Positions 9,914-19,344 of a stretch of 64,000 nucleotides of DNA are shown piece after piece (within the stretch, counting starts at the first letter, position 1; the number at the start of each line of letters is the position of its first letter). The notes below the pieces were generated by a model, which was not told where the DNA came from, did not search any database, and worked only from the letters and a program-made list of their open reading frames with translations. Origin of the DNA: Candidatus Hadarchaeota archaeon (GTDB lineage Archaea; Hadarchaeota; Hadarchaeia; Hadarchaeales; JAGGTB01); assembly GCA_964384105.1 (NCBI GenBank), contig CAYLJV010000003.1, positions 96,001 to 160,000 on the forward strand. The letters run 5' to 3'. Made by a program: the position numbers and the translations under genes.

Positions 9914-10306
9914 TTGATGCAAAGTTTGCAGAATCTACCGTCCCAAGCTCAGGAGAAGCTAGAGGAACTTCAAAAGCAGAGGGAAAAGCTTCAGGAGATC
10001 GAAGAAGAGAAAAGCAGGATTAAAGTGAGGAAGGAACGTCTAGAAAGAGGTGAGAATGCTTTAAAAGAAGTAGATCGGGGAGATGAGGTCTTCAAAGCTT
10101 CCGGCCCCGTTATAGTCAAGACTAGCAAGGAAGATTTCATGGAAGAGATATCAGAGCAGAAGAAAAGCATGGAGGAGAGGTTAGAGTCCATAGAAAGCAA
10201 AAAAGATGAGATCAAGAAAAAAGCTATAGAAAACCAAAAGGAACTGAAGAAGAGAGCCAAGCGAAACAAAAAGGAGTCTAAAGACAAAAATTCGATGTTC
10301 AGTTGA
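9914..10306 (+). CDS. Prefoldin beta-like paralog
   Basis: Coiled coil with central VFKASGPVIVKT hairpin; similar to 60545-60907. Confidence 0.7.
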   Translation: MMQSLQNLPSQAQEKLEELQKQREKLQEIEEEKSRIKVRKERLERGENALKEVDRGDEVFKASGPVIVKTSKEDFMEEISEQKKSMEERLESIESKKDEIKKKAIENQKELKKRAKRNKKESKDKNSMFS

Positions 10307-10386
10307 GCTAATTTTCAGTATATTTGATACCGTTGAGTGAACGGGTTAAAAAACTAAATAAAAAATAAAAGTGGAAGAAAACGGTC

Positions 10387-10668
10387 TTACCCGCTTTTTC
10401 CTAGTCTTATCGATATCGAGGATACGTTTGAAGTACTTCCGTCCTCATTTTCGAGTTCTTCCGTTTCTGTTTCTATGTCGAGAATTTCTAGGTCCTTCAA
10501 AAATCTGTTTTTGGTTATCTCCGCAGTATCTACAGCTCTGCTGATAGCTCCTCCACGAGCCTTCAGAAAAACTTCGTCACTTCCTTTGTTAAACTGTGTC
10601 ACTACGGCGAGAACATAGTCCATTGGACCCTTCTTGCTCCCAACGTAAACAACGTTGTCATCTGCCAT
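10387..10668 (-). CDS. albA: DNA/RNA-binding protein Alba
   Basis: [26 protein letters not shown]. Confidence 0.93.
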   Translation of the reverse strand: MADDNVVYVGSKKGPMDYVLAVVTQFNKGSDEVFLKARGGAISRAVDTAEITKNRFLKDLEILDIETETEELENEDGSTSNVSSISIRLGKSG

Positions 10669-10831
10669 TATTTCACCTCCTTATTGTCTGCTTGACAGCT
10701 AGGTTCAGTATTACATCAAATATTACCGTATTTCTGTTCCAGCTGAATCAGTTTCTATTATATCGTTTTCAGGTTTAATGTTTATGCCTTTGCCTGGTAT
10801 TGGTAACAATACCATTTAAAAGCGGTTCCTT

Positions 10832-11062
10832 CTAATCTCCGTAAGTGATTTCAACACTGTCCGAATGCTCTTCGCATAGATATTTTACTTCGTCTTCTTC
10901 ATAGACCAGCCTAGTTGGCTTTTTTCCGCAAACTTCGCATGGTTGTGTATTGCCAAAAGTTACTGGTGGCCAGGGTTCATTAGGATGTTGGCCTTTTATG
11001 TGCTTTTTCCATCCTTTGTATTCCTTTCCACAGTACGGACATTCTCTTTTACCATCTGTCAT
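10832..11062 (-). CDS. Small two-zinc-finger protein
   Basis: CPYC..H..H and CEVC..CEEH; GGAGGT SD. Confidence 0.7.
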   Translation of the reverse strand: MTDGKRECPYCGKEYKGWKKHIKGQHPNEPWPPVTFGNTQPCEVCGKKPTRLVYEEDEVKYLCEEHSDSVEITYGD

Positions 11063-11329
11063 TCTATTTCTTCTACCTCCTTACGGGTTTACTAGTTGCT
11101 TTTTCTGTCTCGCTCAGGACACAGAGCGAATATTAAACCTAAAGTGAGAGATATCTTTCAGTAATAATATTTATTTTCATGCATTTCAATCCTTTGTTCC
11201 CCTTTTTGATTTTTTCCCCCCTGTTTCTCGGAATTATAGTTAAAAATAATGTGTTAAGGTTTTATTTTCAAGTTATTCAATTATATTCTATGAACGAGAA
11301 ATAATTCAATTGATAAAATAGATGATACT

Positions 11330-11749
11330 ATGAGAAATAAAAAGGAAATGTTAGAAGACGTGAGAAATGATGCTAGAGAAAATGGATATTATGTCTGTCC
11401 GGATGAGGACCTTTTAGATGATCTGATAGAGGGGTTAGTAAAGAACGAGAAAAGATATGGGTATGCTTTTTGTCCATGTAGGTGGGCCAGCGGAGTTCCA
11501 ACGCGTGATGTAGATGTTATTTGCCCTTGTGGGTATAGAGTTCCGGATGTTGAAGAATACGGTCAGTGTTACTGTGGTCTTTTCGTTTCGAAAAAGCTTA
11601 AAGATGATTCGTCCAAACTCGGTTCAATCCCTGAAAGACGTCCGAAAAAATTGATAGAAGCAGCGGATGAAGCAAGAAAGAAAAAGGAACACGGAGAAAT
11701 AGACCGGAAGATTTTGGAATCAGATGTGAGGAAGGGACTTGGTCGATAG
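11330..11749 (+). CDS. Ferredoxin-thioredoxin reductase catalytic subunit
   Basis: CPCR, CPC, CYCGLF motifs. Confidence 0.9.
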   Translation: MRNKKEMLEDVRNDARENGYYVCPDEDLLDDLIEGLVKNEKRYGYAFCPCRWASGVPTRDVDVICPCGYRVPDVEEYGQCYCGLFVSKKLKDDSSKLGSIPERRPKKLIEAADEARKKKEHGEIDRKILESDVRKGLGR

Positions 11750-11879
11750 GGCATTGCGAAGTTCGGATACAGTGGAAATAAGTCTTTTTCGAAAGGTTTG
11801 AGAGATTATTGAGATAATTCTGAGCATTGGATTTCGTGAACATACACATACAATTATTTTTTGACAATTCTGGGAAGTA

Positions 11880-12001
11880 TTCCGATTGATCTGATTCTTT
11901 TATTGAAGAACTTGTATTCTTGAACATACTTACAAATATTAAGATCTTTTTGAGCTTTTGCTAAGAATATTCGATAATTCGACTGGTAATTTCTCGTTTA
12001 T
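11880..12001 (-). pseudogene. Possible decayed 5' end of an RHH-integrase gene
   Basis: With one frameshift reads INEKLPVELS..LAKAQKDLNICK..KRI, weakly like integrase IEDKITVQIS..RAEEEGLNVSK..RRI; same position relative to the 55-bp repeat. Confidence 0.35.
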
Positions 12002-12003
12002 AA

Positions 12004-12058
12004 GATTCAGGGCACAGTGCACTCTAACTCGTACATAAAGGTCGCTCGGAGGAGGATC
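12004..12058 (+). repeat. 55-bp repeat, copy 1 (other copy 27441-27495)
   Basis: 51/55 identity by eye; both copies precede REC-kinase genes. Confidence 0.9.
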
Positions 12059-12129
12059 GACCATAAAAAAGGAAAATTATTGAAATTGAGGTAATTTTTA
12101 ACCTCGAATACATATTAATATTAAGTGAT

Positions 12130-14661
12130 ATGAGGGTTCTGTTTGTTGATGACGAGCCTGACATCTTAGAACAGGCAAAACTCTTTCTCGAGAAAGAGAA
12201 AGATGGACTGGATATTGACACTGTTATTTCTGCTGGGAAAGCTCTGGAATTGTTTGAGAAAAACGATTATGATTGTATTGTTTCGGATTACCAGATGCCT
12301 GAGATGGATGGGCTTAGCTTTTTAAAAATTTTAAGAAATGAAAGGCAAAATAGCATTCCATTCATAATGTTCACCGGTAAAGGTCGTGAAGAAGTTGCTA
12401 TAGAAGCCCTTAACTTGGGAGCAGATCGTTATCTACAGAAGGGTGGAGATCCACGGTCACAATATGATGTTTTGGCTCAGGCGATAATCCAAGAGATTGA
12501 ATACAGTCAAATGGAGGAAAGGGAAAACTTCTTCGAGATTTCAGCTACTCACGCCCCCGAAGCTATTTTCGTGTCCGATAAGAATGCAAATATTATTTAT
12601 GTTAACAAACAAGCATCTGAAAATCTAGGTTATTCTATCGAGGAATTGGAAGATATGAAAATTTTTGATCTTGATCCAAACTTTTCCTCGAAAAATTGGA
12701 ATCAACATTGGAAAAAGTCACGTAAAAAAGGAAAAACAAGGATTGAATCTGACCATATAAAAAAAGATGGAACAAAATTCTCTGTAGAGCTTCTGATTAA
12801 TCATATAGAACATATGGGTGAAGAATATCACTTCACATTTGCAAGGGATATCACCGATAGAAAGAAAATGGAGAAAGAGCTCTCTTTTGAGTCTGATTTG
12901 ATGGAGTCTCTTATGGATAATCTCCCTGATTTCGTATACTTCAAGGATGAGGATGCCCGTTACGTGGAAGTTAGTGAAAGTTACGCTGAAATGATTAATA
13001 TGGAAAAGGATGAGATTATCGGGAGGAAAGTGACGGATCTTTATTCTGAAGACGAGGGCAATAGGATGCATGAGGATGATTTGAGAGTGATAGAAGAGGG
13101 TGGAAAGATAGTCGACAAGGAAGACAAGATTACCATCCCTAATGGAGAAACCAGATGGATGTCCACTACAAAAATTCCAAGGTATGACGATGAAGGTAAT
13201 GTTATAGGAATGTTTGGTGTTTCTCGAGATATTACGGATAGAATGAGGTTAGAGAAGAGAATCGCTAATGAGAGAGACATGTTTGTGGAGGGGCCGGTTG
13301 TGGTCTTTAGCTGGTTAAACGAGTCGGGTTGGCCTATCGATTATGTTTCTCCTAACGTTGAGGAAGTCCTTGGTTACGAACCAGAGGACTTCACGGGTGG
13401 TGATCTTGTCTATACTGACGTCATAGCTGATGAGGACGTAGATAAAGTGATAGAAGAGAACCGGGAGGCTAGTGAGAGAGGGGAACCAAGGTTTGAACAT
13501 TCCCCTTATAGGATAGTCAAGAAGAACGGGGATGAGATCTGGGTTTACGATCTTACGACGATAGTTAGAAATGACAAAGGCGAGATAACTCGCTATCAGG
13601 GATATATTCTCGACATTACCCAACAGATGGAGAGAGAGGAGGAATCGAGATTATCCAAAGATATAATCACGAAGAGCCCTATTGTTGTGTTCTTGTGGAG
13701 GAATGAGGAGGGGTGGCCTGTGGAATTTGTTACTGAAGATGTTGTGGATATTTATGGCTACAGTCCTGAGGATTTTACTTTCGAAAATATGAAATTCATT
13801 GATACTATTCATCCTGATGATCGGTCAAGAGTCAGAGAGGAGGTTATTGAGAGCAGTAAGAAGGGACGAGAGAGAATCTCACATGAACCTTACCGTATAA
13901 TTACGAGGGAGGGAAATGTTAGATGGATCAAAGACGAAACTTACATCAAAAGGGACGAGAAAGGTAATATATTGAACTATCGGGGTATTCAAGAAGACAT
14001 CACTCAAAGGAAAAAGGCAGAGGAGAGGGAGGAATTTCTACACTCATTACTTAGACATGATGTTCGTAACAAGGCTCAAATTGTTCAGGGTTATTTGGAG
14101 CTTCTTAGGGATACTGACCTTTCAGAGGAGCAGAGTGAACTTATTGAGAAGGCCAGTAAAGCTTCAGAAGTAGGAGTAGATATTATTGAGAAGGTTAGAA
14201 CACTTCGAAAGGTAAGTGAAGAGAGGAGAATTAGTGAAGTTGGTATCAGAGTGATTCTTAAGAACGTGATCAGTGGGAAGGAATCACAGGCTTCGGAAAG
14301 GGATATAGAGATAGATTTTGAAATGGAGGGTTGCAAGGTTCTAGGAGGTCCCCTATTGGAGGAGCTATTCTCAAACTTAGTGGAAAATTCCATCAAGCAT
14401 GCTGACTGCGAGAAGATCCGAATATCCGGAAGAAAGACGAGTGAAGAGTGTATAATTACAGTCGAGGATGATGGTAAGGGAATTTCAGACGAAGATAAAA
14501 ACAAAATTTTCGAAAAAGGGTTTAAAAGCGGCAAAACTGGCGGTTCAGGACTTGGATTATTCCTTGTGAAGGAAATAGCTGAGTCTTACGGTGGTAGTGT
14601 TGAAGTCAATGACTCGGAACTAGGAGGCGCAAGATTCGACGTTCATTTGAAGAAAACCTAA
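12130..14661 (+). CDS. Hybrid sensor kinase REC-PAS x4-HisKA-HATPase
   Basis: Receiver DYQMP, PAS/PAC repeats, RHDVRN, GSGLGL. Confidence 0.92.
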   Translation: MRVLFVDDEPDILEQAKLFLEKEKDGLDIDTVISAGKALELFEKNDYDCIVSDYQMPEMDGLSFLKILRNERQNSIPFIMFTGKGREEVAIEALNLGADRYLQKGGDPRSQYDVLAQAIIQEIEYSQMEERENFFEISATHAPEAIFVSDKNANIIYVNKQASENLGYSIEELEDMKIFDLDPNFSSKNWNQHWKKSRKKGKTRIESDHIKKDGTKFSVELLINHIEHMGEEYHFTFARDITDRKKMEKELSFESDLMESLMDNLPDFVYFKDEDARYVEVSESYAEMINMEKDEIIGRKVTDLYSEDEGNRMHEDDLRVIEEGGKIVDKEDKITIPNGETRWMSTTKIPRYDDEGNVIGMFGVSRDITDRMRLEKRIANERDMFVEGPVVVFSWLNESGWPIDYVSPNVEEVLGYEPEDFTGGDLVYTDVIADEDVDKVIEENREASERGEPRFEHSPYRIVKKNGDEIWVYDLTTIVRNDKGEITRYQGYILDITQQMEREEESRLSKDIITKSPIVVFLWRNEEGWPVEFVTEDVVDIYGYSPEDFTFENMKFIDTIHPDDRSRVREEVIESSKKGRERISHEPYRIITREGNVRWIKDETYIKRDEKGNILNYRGIQEDITQRKKAEEREEFLHSLLRHDVRNKAQIVQGYLELLRDTDLSEEQSELIEKASKASEVGVDIIEKVRTLRKVSEERRISEVGIRVILKNVISGKESQASERDIEIDFEMEGCKVLGGPLLEELFSNLVENSIKHADCEKIRISGRKTSEECIITVEDDGKGISDEDKNKIFEKGFKSGKTGGSGLGLFLVKEIAESYGGSVEVNDSELGGARFDVHLKKT

Positions 14662-14721
14662 TCTCAAAAATTCCTTCAAGATATTCATCCGTGAAAGTTT
14701 AAGGGGCTAGAGTTAATTACG

Positions 14722-15129
14722 ATGAAACATGTTAATATTTTGAGAGATAATATGACAAAAAAAGAAAAAATGGAAGAAGAGACTAAAAAGGTAGCCGAGG
14801 AAGTAACTGAAAACATTAAAAAGGTAGCTGAAGAGGCTACTGAGGAAATAAAAAAAGCTGGTCAAGAAGCCGCCAAAGAAATAAAGAGAAGCGCTGATGA
14901 GACCGAAGTCTTTCTAGTTAAGGAAGGCTCAGCAGTAGCTGGAAAAACCGTAGAGGATATAGACAAACAGGGACTTTTGGGAAAAGATGCTTTGATCGTA
15001 GAGATAGAACGAAACGATGGAAAGGTAACACCAAAAGGAGATACTGTTCTAGAGGCCGGAGACACCGTCAAGATTACACCTTCTAGCGGAATCTCAGAAA
15101 AAACAAGGATCGCCTTCAACAAAGAATAA
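14722..15129 (+). CDS. TrkA-C (RCK_C) domain protein with N-terminal 11-mer helical repeats
   Basis: GSAVAGKTV..IERNDG..PKGDTVLEAGD; KKVAEE repeats. Confidence 0.7.
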   Translation: MKHVNILRDNMTKKEKMEEETKKVAEEVTENIKKVAEEATEEIKKAGQEAAKEIKRSADETEVFLVKEGSAVAGKTVEDIDKQGLLGKDALIVEIERNDGKVTPKGDTVLEAGDTVKITPSSGISEKTRIAFNKE

Positions 15130-15208
15130 CTCAATCGGAGTTTAACACTGATCAGATAGGCAAGTAGTATTATTACCAAAAATAGAAGTAGATTTGGAAT
15201 TTTAAGAA

Positions 15209-15535
15209 TTATTCTTCTTTTGAATCCCCATAGAAGATATTCTCATCCGCTTGTTTTGGATGTTCCTTGAACATCCTATCCTCAAGATCGCTCTTTATTT
15301 GCCTCAAATGTTTAGAAATCTGATGATACTTTTCACTATAGACCGATTTTGGAACCGAATCAAGTTCCTGAGATAATTCATGAAGTTCTCTTCGAACATT
15401 TTTTACCTTTTCGGCAATTTTCTTCCACTTCTCAAAATCTGTTTTTTCGATTTTTACACCTCCCACTTCACCAGTTAAATATGGCTTCATCAACTTTAAT
15501 CTTTTCAAACCCACAACAATTTTTATTAAACTCAA
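15209..15535 (-). CDS. Hypothetical coiled-coil protein (real start probably downstream of track start)
   Basis: ORF with typical composition; GGAGGTG SD inside 5' part. Confidence 0.5.
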   Translation of the reverse strand: MSLIKIVVGLKRLKLMKPYLTGEVGGVKIEKTDFEKWKKIAEKVKNVRRELHELSQELDSVPKSVYSEKYHQISKHLRQIKSDLEDRMFKEHPKQADENIFYGDSKEE

Positions 15536-15690
15536 AATTAGGAGATACTTACTGCAACTATCTGATTCCTTTTTGGCTAATTGTACTTATATCACTCAAA
15601 TTGAACGCTTTCATTAATTATCTTAATCTTAAACTCGATTGTACGCACAATTAAATAGGATTAAGTAGGCTTGCTTACGCGGAAAGGACT

Positions 15691-15936
15691 ATGTCAAAGA
15701 AAGCTACAACACTTTATCTTGATGAGGGAACAGTAAAGGAAGCTAAGAGATTAGGTTTTAACTTATCCAGGTCTTGTGAAATAGCGTTAGAACGGAGAAT
15801 ACTGGCTGAGAAACGCAGGTTATCATTCGATTATTCGGAAAACTCTAAAGAAGTCAAACCTAAAATTAATCCTACAGTGATTGCGGGGGTTGCCAAGTCA
15901 GGTCAACGGCGCAGCGTTGAGGGCGCTGTCCCATAG
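15691..15936 (+). CDS. CcdA/RHH-like protein, probable N-terminal fragment of a split integrase, reading into tRNA-Leu
   Basis: GFNLSRSCEIALERRI vs integrase GLNVSKSCELALERRI; stop codon lies inside the tRNA. Confidence 0.65.
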   Translation: MSKKATTLYLDEGTVKEAKRLGFNLSRSCEIALERRILAEKRRLSFDYSENSKEVKPKINPTVIAGVAKSGQRRSVEGAVP

Positions 15937-15970
15937 GGGTTCCGGGGTTCGAATCCCCGCCCCCGCACCA
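15883..15970 (+). tRNA. tRNA-Leu (GAG)
   Basis: GCGGGGG/CCCCCGC acceptor stem, CAGCG-TTGAGGG-CGCTG anticodon arm, long variable arm, GGTTCGAATCC, encoded CCA. Confidence 0.97.
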
Positions 15971-16249
15971 TAAACCTCAATTCACGGGGGGAGATTAATT
16001 GTAAGTTTCAACCAACTGGTTAATTTTAACTCTTTTATAGAGTTCCTAGAATAACCTGTGAAGTGATATTTACCCCGCTAAGAGCAATCTAATGGGCAAC
16101 ACCTCAGGAACGAAAAATGAAGTAATAAACCTGTCCAGTTAAGACGGTATTAACTTTCTCAAAATAGAAGTATATACTCCCACCTTCTGTTCTTCCACTT
16201 GAAAATAGTTATTCACCCGACAAAGAGAGTGAAGTTCGTTATATTTCTG

Positions 16250-16930
16250 CTATTCTATTTTATCCAAAATGTAATCCGCACCACCCTGGGTTACCCAATA
16301 ATCTGCGGATAGTCCTGAAGGAAAATAAGTTTCAATCTTCTTTGGTTCATTTTCCAACTTATCTTCAATATATTCTCCATACCAGTCCTGAACATTTCCT
16401 CCCATAAGTACAATCTTCTCAGGCTCAAAGTCTTTAATAATCTGACGAAGGTAAGGATGACAAAATTCAGCCGCCTTATCAGGATTATTATCCTTATCAG
16501 ATACATAGCAGTGTATGAAGTCCGTCATGACCCATTCTTTTTCTTGATGATTTAACGCATTCAAGAGTTTGTATATCTCCCTACAATTAAACGAGGGGAA
16601 CTGATAGGATTTATCCAAATAGACCGGTTCTTTCTTATTGCCTGGCTTAGCTACTTTCTTATCATTTCTAAGATAATAATCTGCCATTTCCTCGGCTTGT
16701 TCTTCGGCGGAGTTCAATCCTTTCCATGTGTGACCGCCTCCATGCCCTTTTGAGACAATCAGAACATCAATAGGGGATTTTATTGGAGAAGGATTGGATA
16801 TAACTCCGACAAAAGGAGAATATTCATTGCCGAACTTCTTCTCTTCATCTTCAAATTTACTTCTGCTTTCTCGGCATTTTTGACAACGGTCTTTCTTTTC
16901 AAGTTTTGCAGAGTATTCCTTATAATCCAT
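16250..16930 (-). CDS. Uracil-DNA glycosylase superfamily-like protein
   Basis: CQKC, TDFIHC, C.PYL..I....P..IVLMG, YFPS motif order. Confidence 0.6.
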   Translation of the reverse strand: MDYKEYSAKLEKKDRCQKCRESRSKFEDEEKKFGNEYSPFVGVISNPSPIKSPIDVLIVSKGHGGGHTWKGLNSAEEQAEEMADYYLRNDKKVAKPGNKKEPVYLDKSYQFPSFNCREIYKLLNALNHQEKEWVMTDFIHCYVSDKDNNPDKAAEFCHPYLRQIIKDFEPEKIVLMGGNVQDWYGEYIEDKLENEPKKIETYFPSGLSADYWVTQGGADYILDKIE

Positions 16931-17117
16931 ATATCTCTAATAAGCATGACTCAAGAATAAATAAAAATTCTGGACAGATGGAGAAAAATTTTCTGTAAAG
17001 TCAAAAAAATTGAAGCTAATAGTGTGTTAACTTTCTATTTTCTCTGACCTGAACCGGAATGCTTGTTCTTCGGTCACGCACCATAATCTTAATCTTTTGG
17101 ATGTCTAAACTCCATGT

Positions 17118-17612
17118 ATGTTCAAAGGAAGTAATTTACAGGGTAAAACAGAAAGCATGTTCAGGGCTTTTTCCTGGTGTCTGGTTCTAACACTGGTTGT
17201 GATATTCTCTGTTTATCCTATTGCCTCAAGAAATCTTACCAGTTTAGCAGGTCCAATACTTTTAATTCTCGGACTTACACCTCTTGCTGTTCTGAAAGTA
17301 AACAACGAATCTTTAGCATCTGTAGGTGCTGATATTGCCTTCGGAGCCTTTGATACAGGTTTCATGACTATAGCAACTCTTGCTGGAGCTACATTTGCAG
17401 GAATTTTGGGAGCTGTAATATGAGCTGAAGCTGGAGATGCTATAACCGATGCTTGGGCTGGTCTAATTGAGGGAAAAGTAGCATCTTGGCTCCGTGAGAG
17501 GGGGATAGATGAAGCTCGCAGGCCTTTTACTACTTCGATGGGAAAAATGTCAGGATGTTTATTAGGAGCTGGAGTTACAGTTTCCATAGCTAGCATAATT
17601 GGAATTTTTTAA
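17118..17612 (+). pseudogene. Membrane protein gene with one in-frame TGA (17421-17423)
   Basis: Frame continues 63 codons after TGA with the same hydrophobic, Gly/Ala-rich character. Confidence 0.7.
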
Positions 17613-17756
17613 TAGAAACCAAACTTTATTCTGTAATTTCAATAAAAGAACTAGCCCAGAGAGTTGAATTTATCCAAAATATCTTTTTTAATCTCTTCTT
17701 CAGTCTCCAAAGAATCTAAAACTATAATCACTTCTTCTTCAGTCAGATCATAGAGA

Positions 17757-17978
17757 TTGAATACAATTGCATCAATTAAATTATCTGTTTCTTGTCATCA
17801 GTGTGGAAAAGAAATTCAAGACAACGATGAAGTAATAGTTATGGATTATAGGGGAGATTATACAGACATAACTGATCTTTGGATTTATCATAAAAGCTGT
17901 ATAGACCCCATATCAATAGAAAGAGAGAAAGTTCTCGATAATGGAAAATGGAAAGTAGTTAAAGAAAATCTTAAATAA
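17757..17978 (+). CDS. Small zinc-finger protein
   Basis: CHQCGK..YHKSC. Confidence 0.55.
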   Translation: MNTIASIKLSVSCHQCGKEIQDNDEVIVMDYRGDYTDITDLWIYHKSCIDPISIEREKVLDNGKWKVVKENLK

Positions 17979-18251
17979 TTGTATTAATCCAATGCATTCT
18001 TTGAAAAAATGATAAGAAAAGAATTTCTGAAATAACTCACAGAATATTATTTTACGTCGAACCTAAGAAACATTCAAGTATTAATTGATGGAAATAGAAA
18101 AATCTTATTTTGCGAGTGGTTTAAAACGGTTACCAAAATAATCGGAATTGTAAACCTTCTATTCTTCCAGAAGTGTTTTACGAGTGGTATAGAAAATGAT
18201 AGGGGAAGATGAACTCTTCTCAAAAATATAAGGGGTTAGAGGTCCGATTTT

Positions 18252-18785
18252 ATGGCTGATACTAAGTATAAGGTTAACAATGTCGTCATGACTGTTTCTT
18301 ACGAGAATACTAGATTTAACTTGGAGGAACTTACTTCTAATTTAGAAGGGGCAAGATATGAACCTGAAAGCTTCCCTGGAGTAATCTATAAAACGATCGA
18401 GCCTAAAGCCGCTTTTCTGATATTTTCTTCTGGAAAAGCGAACTGTGTAGGAGCGAATAGTGTCGAAGGAGGGAAGAAGGCAATAGAAAAGCTTACAGAT
18501 AAACTTCAAGATTTAGGGTTTGGTGTTGGTGAGCCAGTCATTGAAGTTCGGAATATGGTTGCTAAAGTGGATTTTCAGAGGAGTTTCGATCTGGAGGAAA
18601 TAGCAAGGAACTTTCCTCACGCAGAATATAATCCAGAAACATTTCCAGGACTCGCATTCAGATTGGAGGGGTATAAGAGTATGATATTTCTGCTTTTTAC
18701 ACAGGGCACAGGGGTCTGTGTCGGAGCTAAGAGTGAGGAAGAGATTGAGGAAGGTATAAGAAGAATAGAAGAGGCCATCGAATAA
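18252..18785 (+). CDS. tbp: TATA-binding protein, divergent paralog
   Basis: Two repeats: YEPESFPGVIY..LIFSSGK and YNPETFPGLAFR..LLFTQG. Confidence 0.93.
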   Translation: MADTKYKVNNVVMTVSYENTRFNLEELTSNLEGARYEPESFPGVIYKTIEPKAAFLIFSSGKANCVGANSVEGGKKAIEKLTDKLQDLGFGVGEPVIEVRNMVAKVDFQRSFDLEEIARNFPHAEYNPETFPGLAFRLEGYKSMIFLLFTQGTGVCVGAKSEEEIEEGIRRIEEAIE

Positions 18786-18822
18786 GAATCTTAAAAATTC
18801 TACAAGTTAGAAAAACATGAAA

Positions 18823-18853
18823 CAATCTATGGCATGGATCAATCCAAACCTAC
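18823..18853 (+). repeat. Hairpin element copy A (partial), core CAATCTATGGCATGG
   Basis: Core identical to copies at 21029-21094 and 26333-26399. Confidence 0.8.
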
Positions 18854-18882
18854 TAGACTAGTAGTTACCCACTTATGACTAT

Positions 18883-18996
18883 TTAGATTAACATTGCAGT
18901 AGCATCCAACTCTATCTGACAGTGAATACACCTGTCCCTGCCATCTTCAATAGTTTCCTTGCTAAGTTTTTTACCACACTCAACACATTTCTTCAT
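18883..18996 (-). CDS. 37-aa C4 zinc-finger microprotein 1 (MKKCVECGKKLSKETIEDGRDRCIHCQIELDATAMLI), not in ORF track
   Basis: AAGGAG SD, TATAAATAG upstream, paralog at 21117-21230 with conserved frame and synonymous changes. Confidence 0.85.
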   Translation of the reverse strand: MKKCVECGKKLSKETIEDGRDRCIHCQIELDATAMLI

Positions 18997-19344
18997 TATC
19001 AAAACTCTCCTTGATCGGCCCTAAGGTCTGAAGCACTATTTATAGGTCACTGTTTGCAGGGTTGAAAAGTGGAAATATGAGTAATGATGACTAATTCTTT
19101 TAATTCCGGAGGATTATTTGGGAATACTTAAAGGAGAGGGGAGAGTAGTTCATACGAAGTCAAGTTTATTGGACGTTACTAAACGTCCACCTTAAACCCG
19201 AGCTGGGCGGTCCCCCCCGACCGTTCAGCTTCCTCCCCCCTTCTCAAAAATTTATTTATATTCATAGACTTCTCTCGAGAGAAGGAACTAAATCAAATGT
19301 TCACAGATGATATCTCTACAGGGAAGAGAACGTATTGTTAACTT

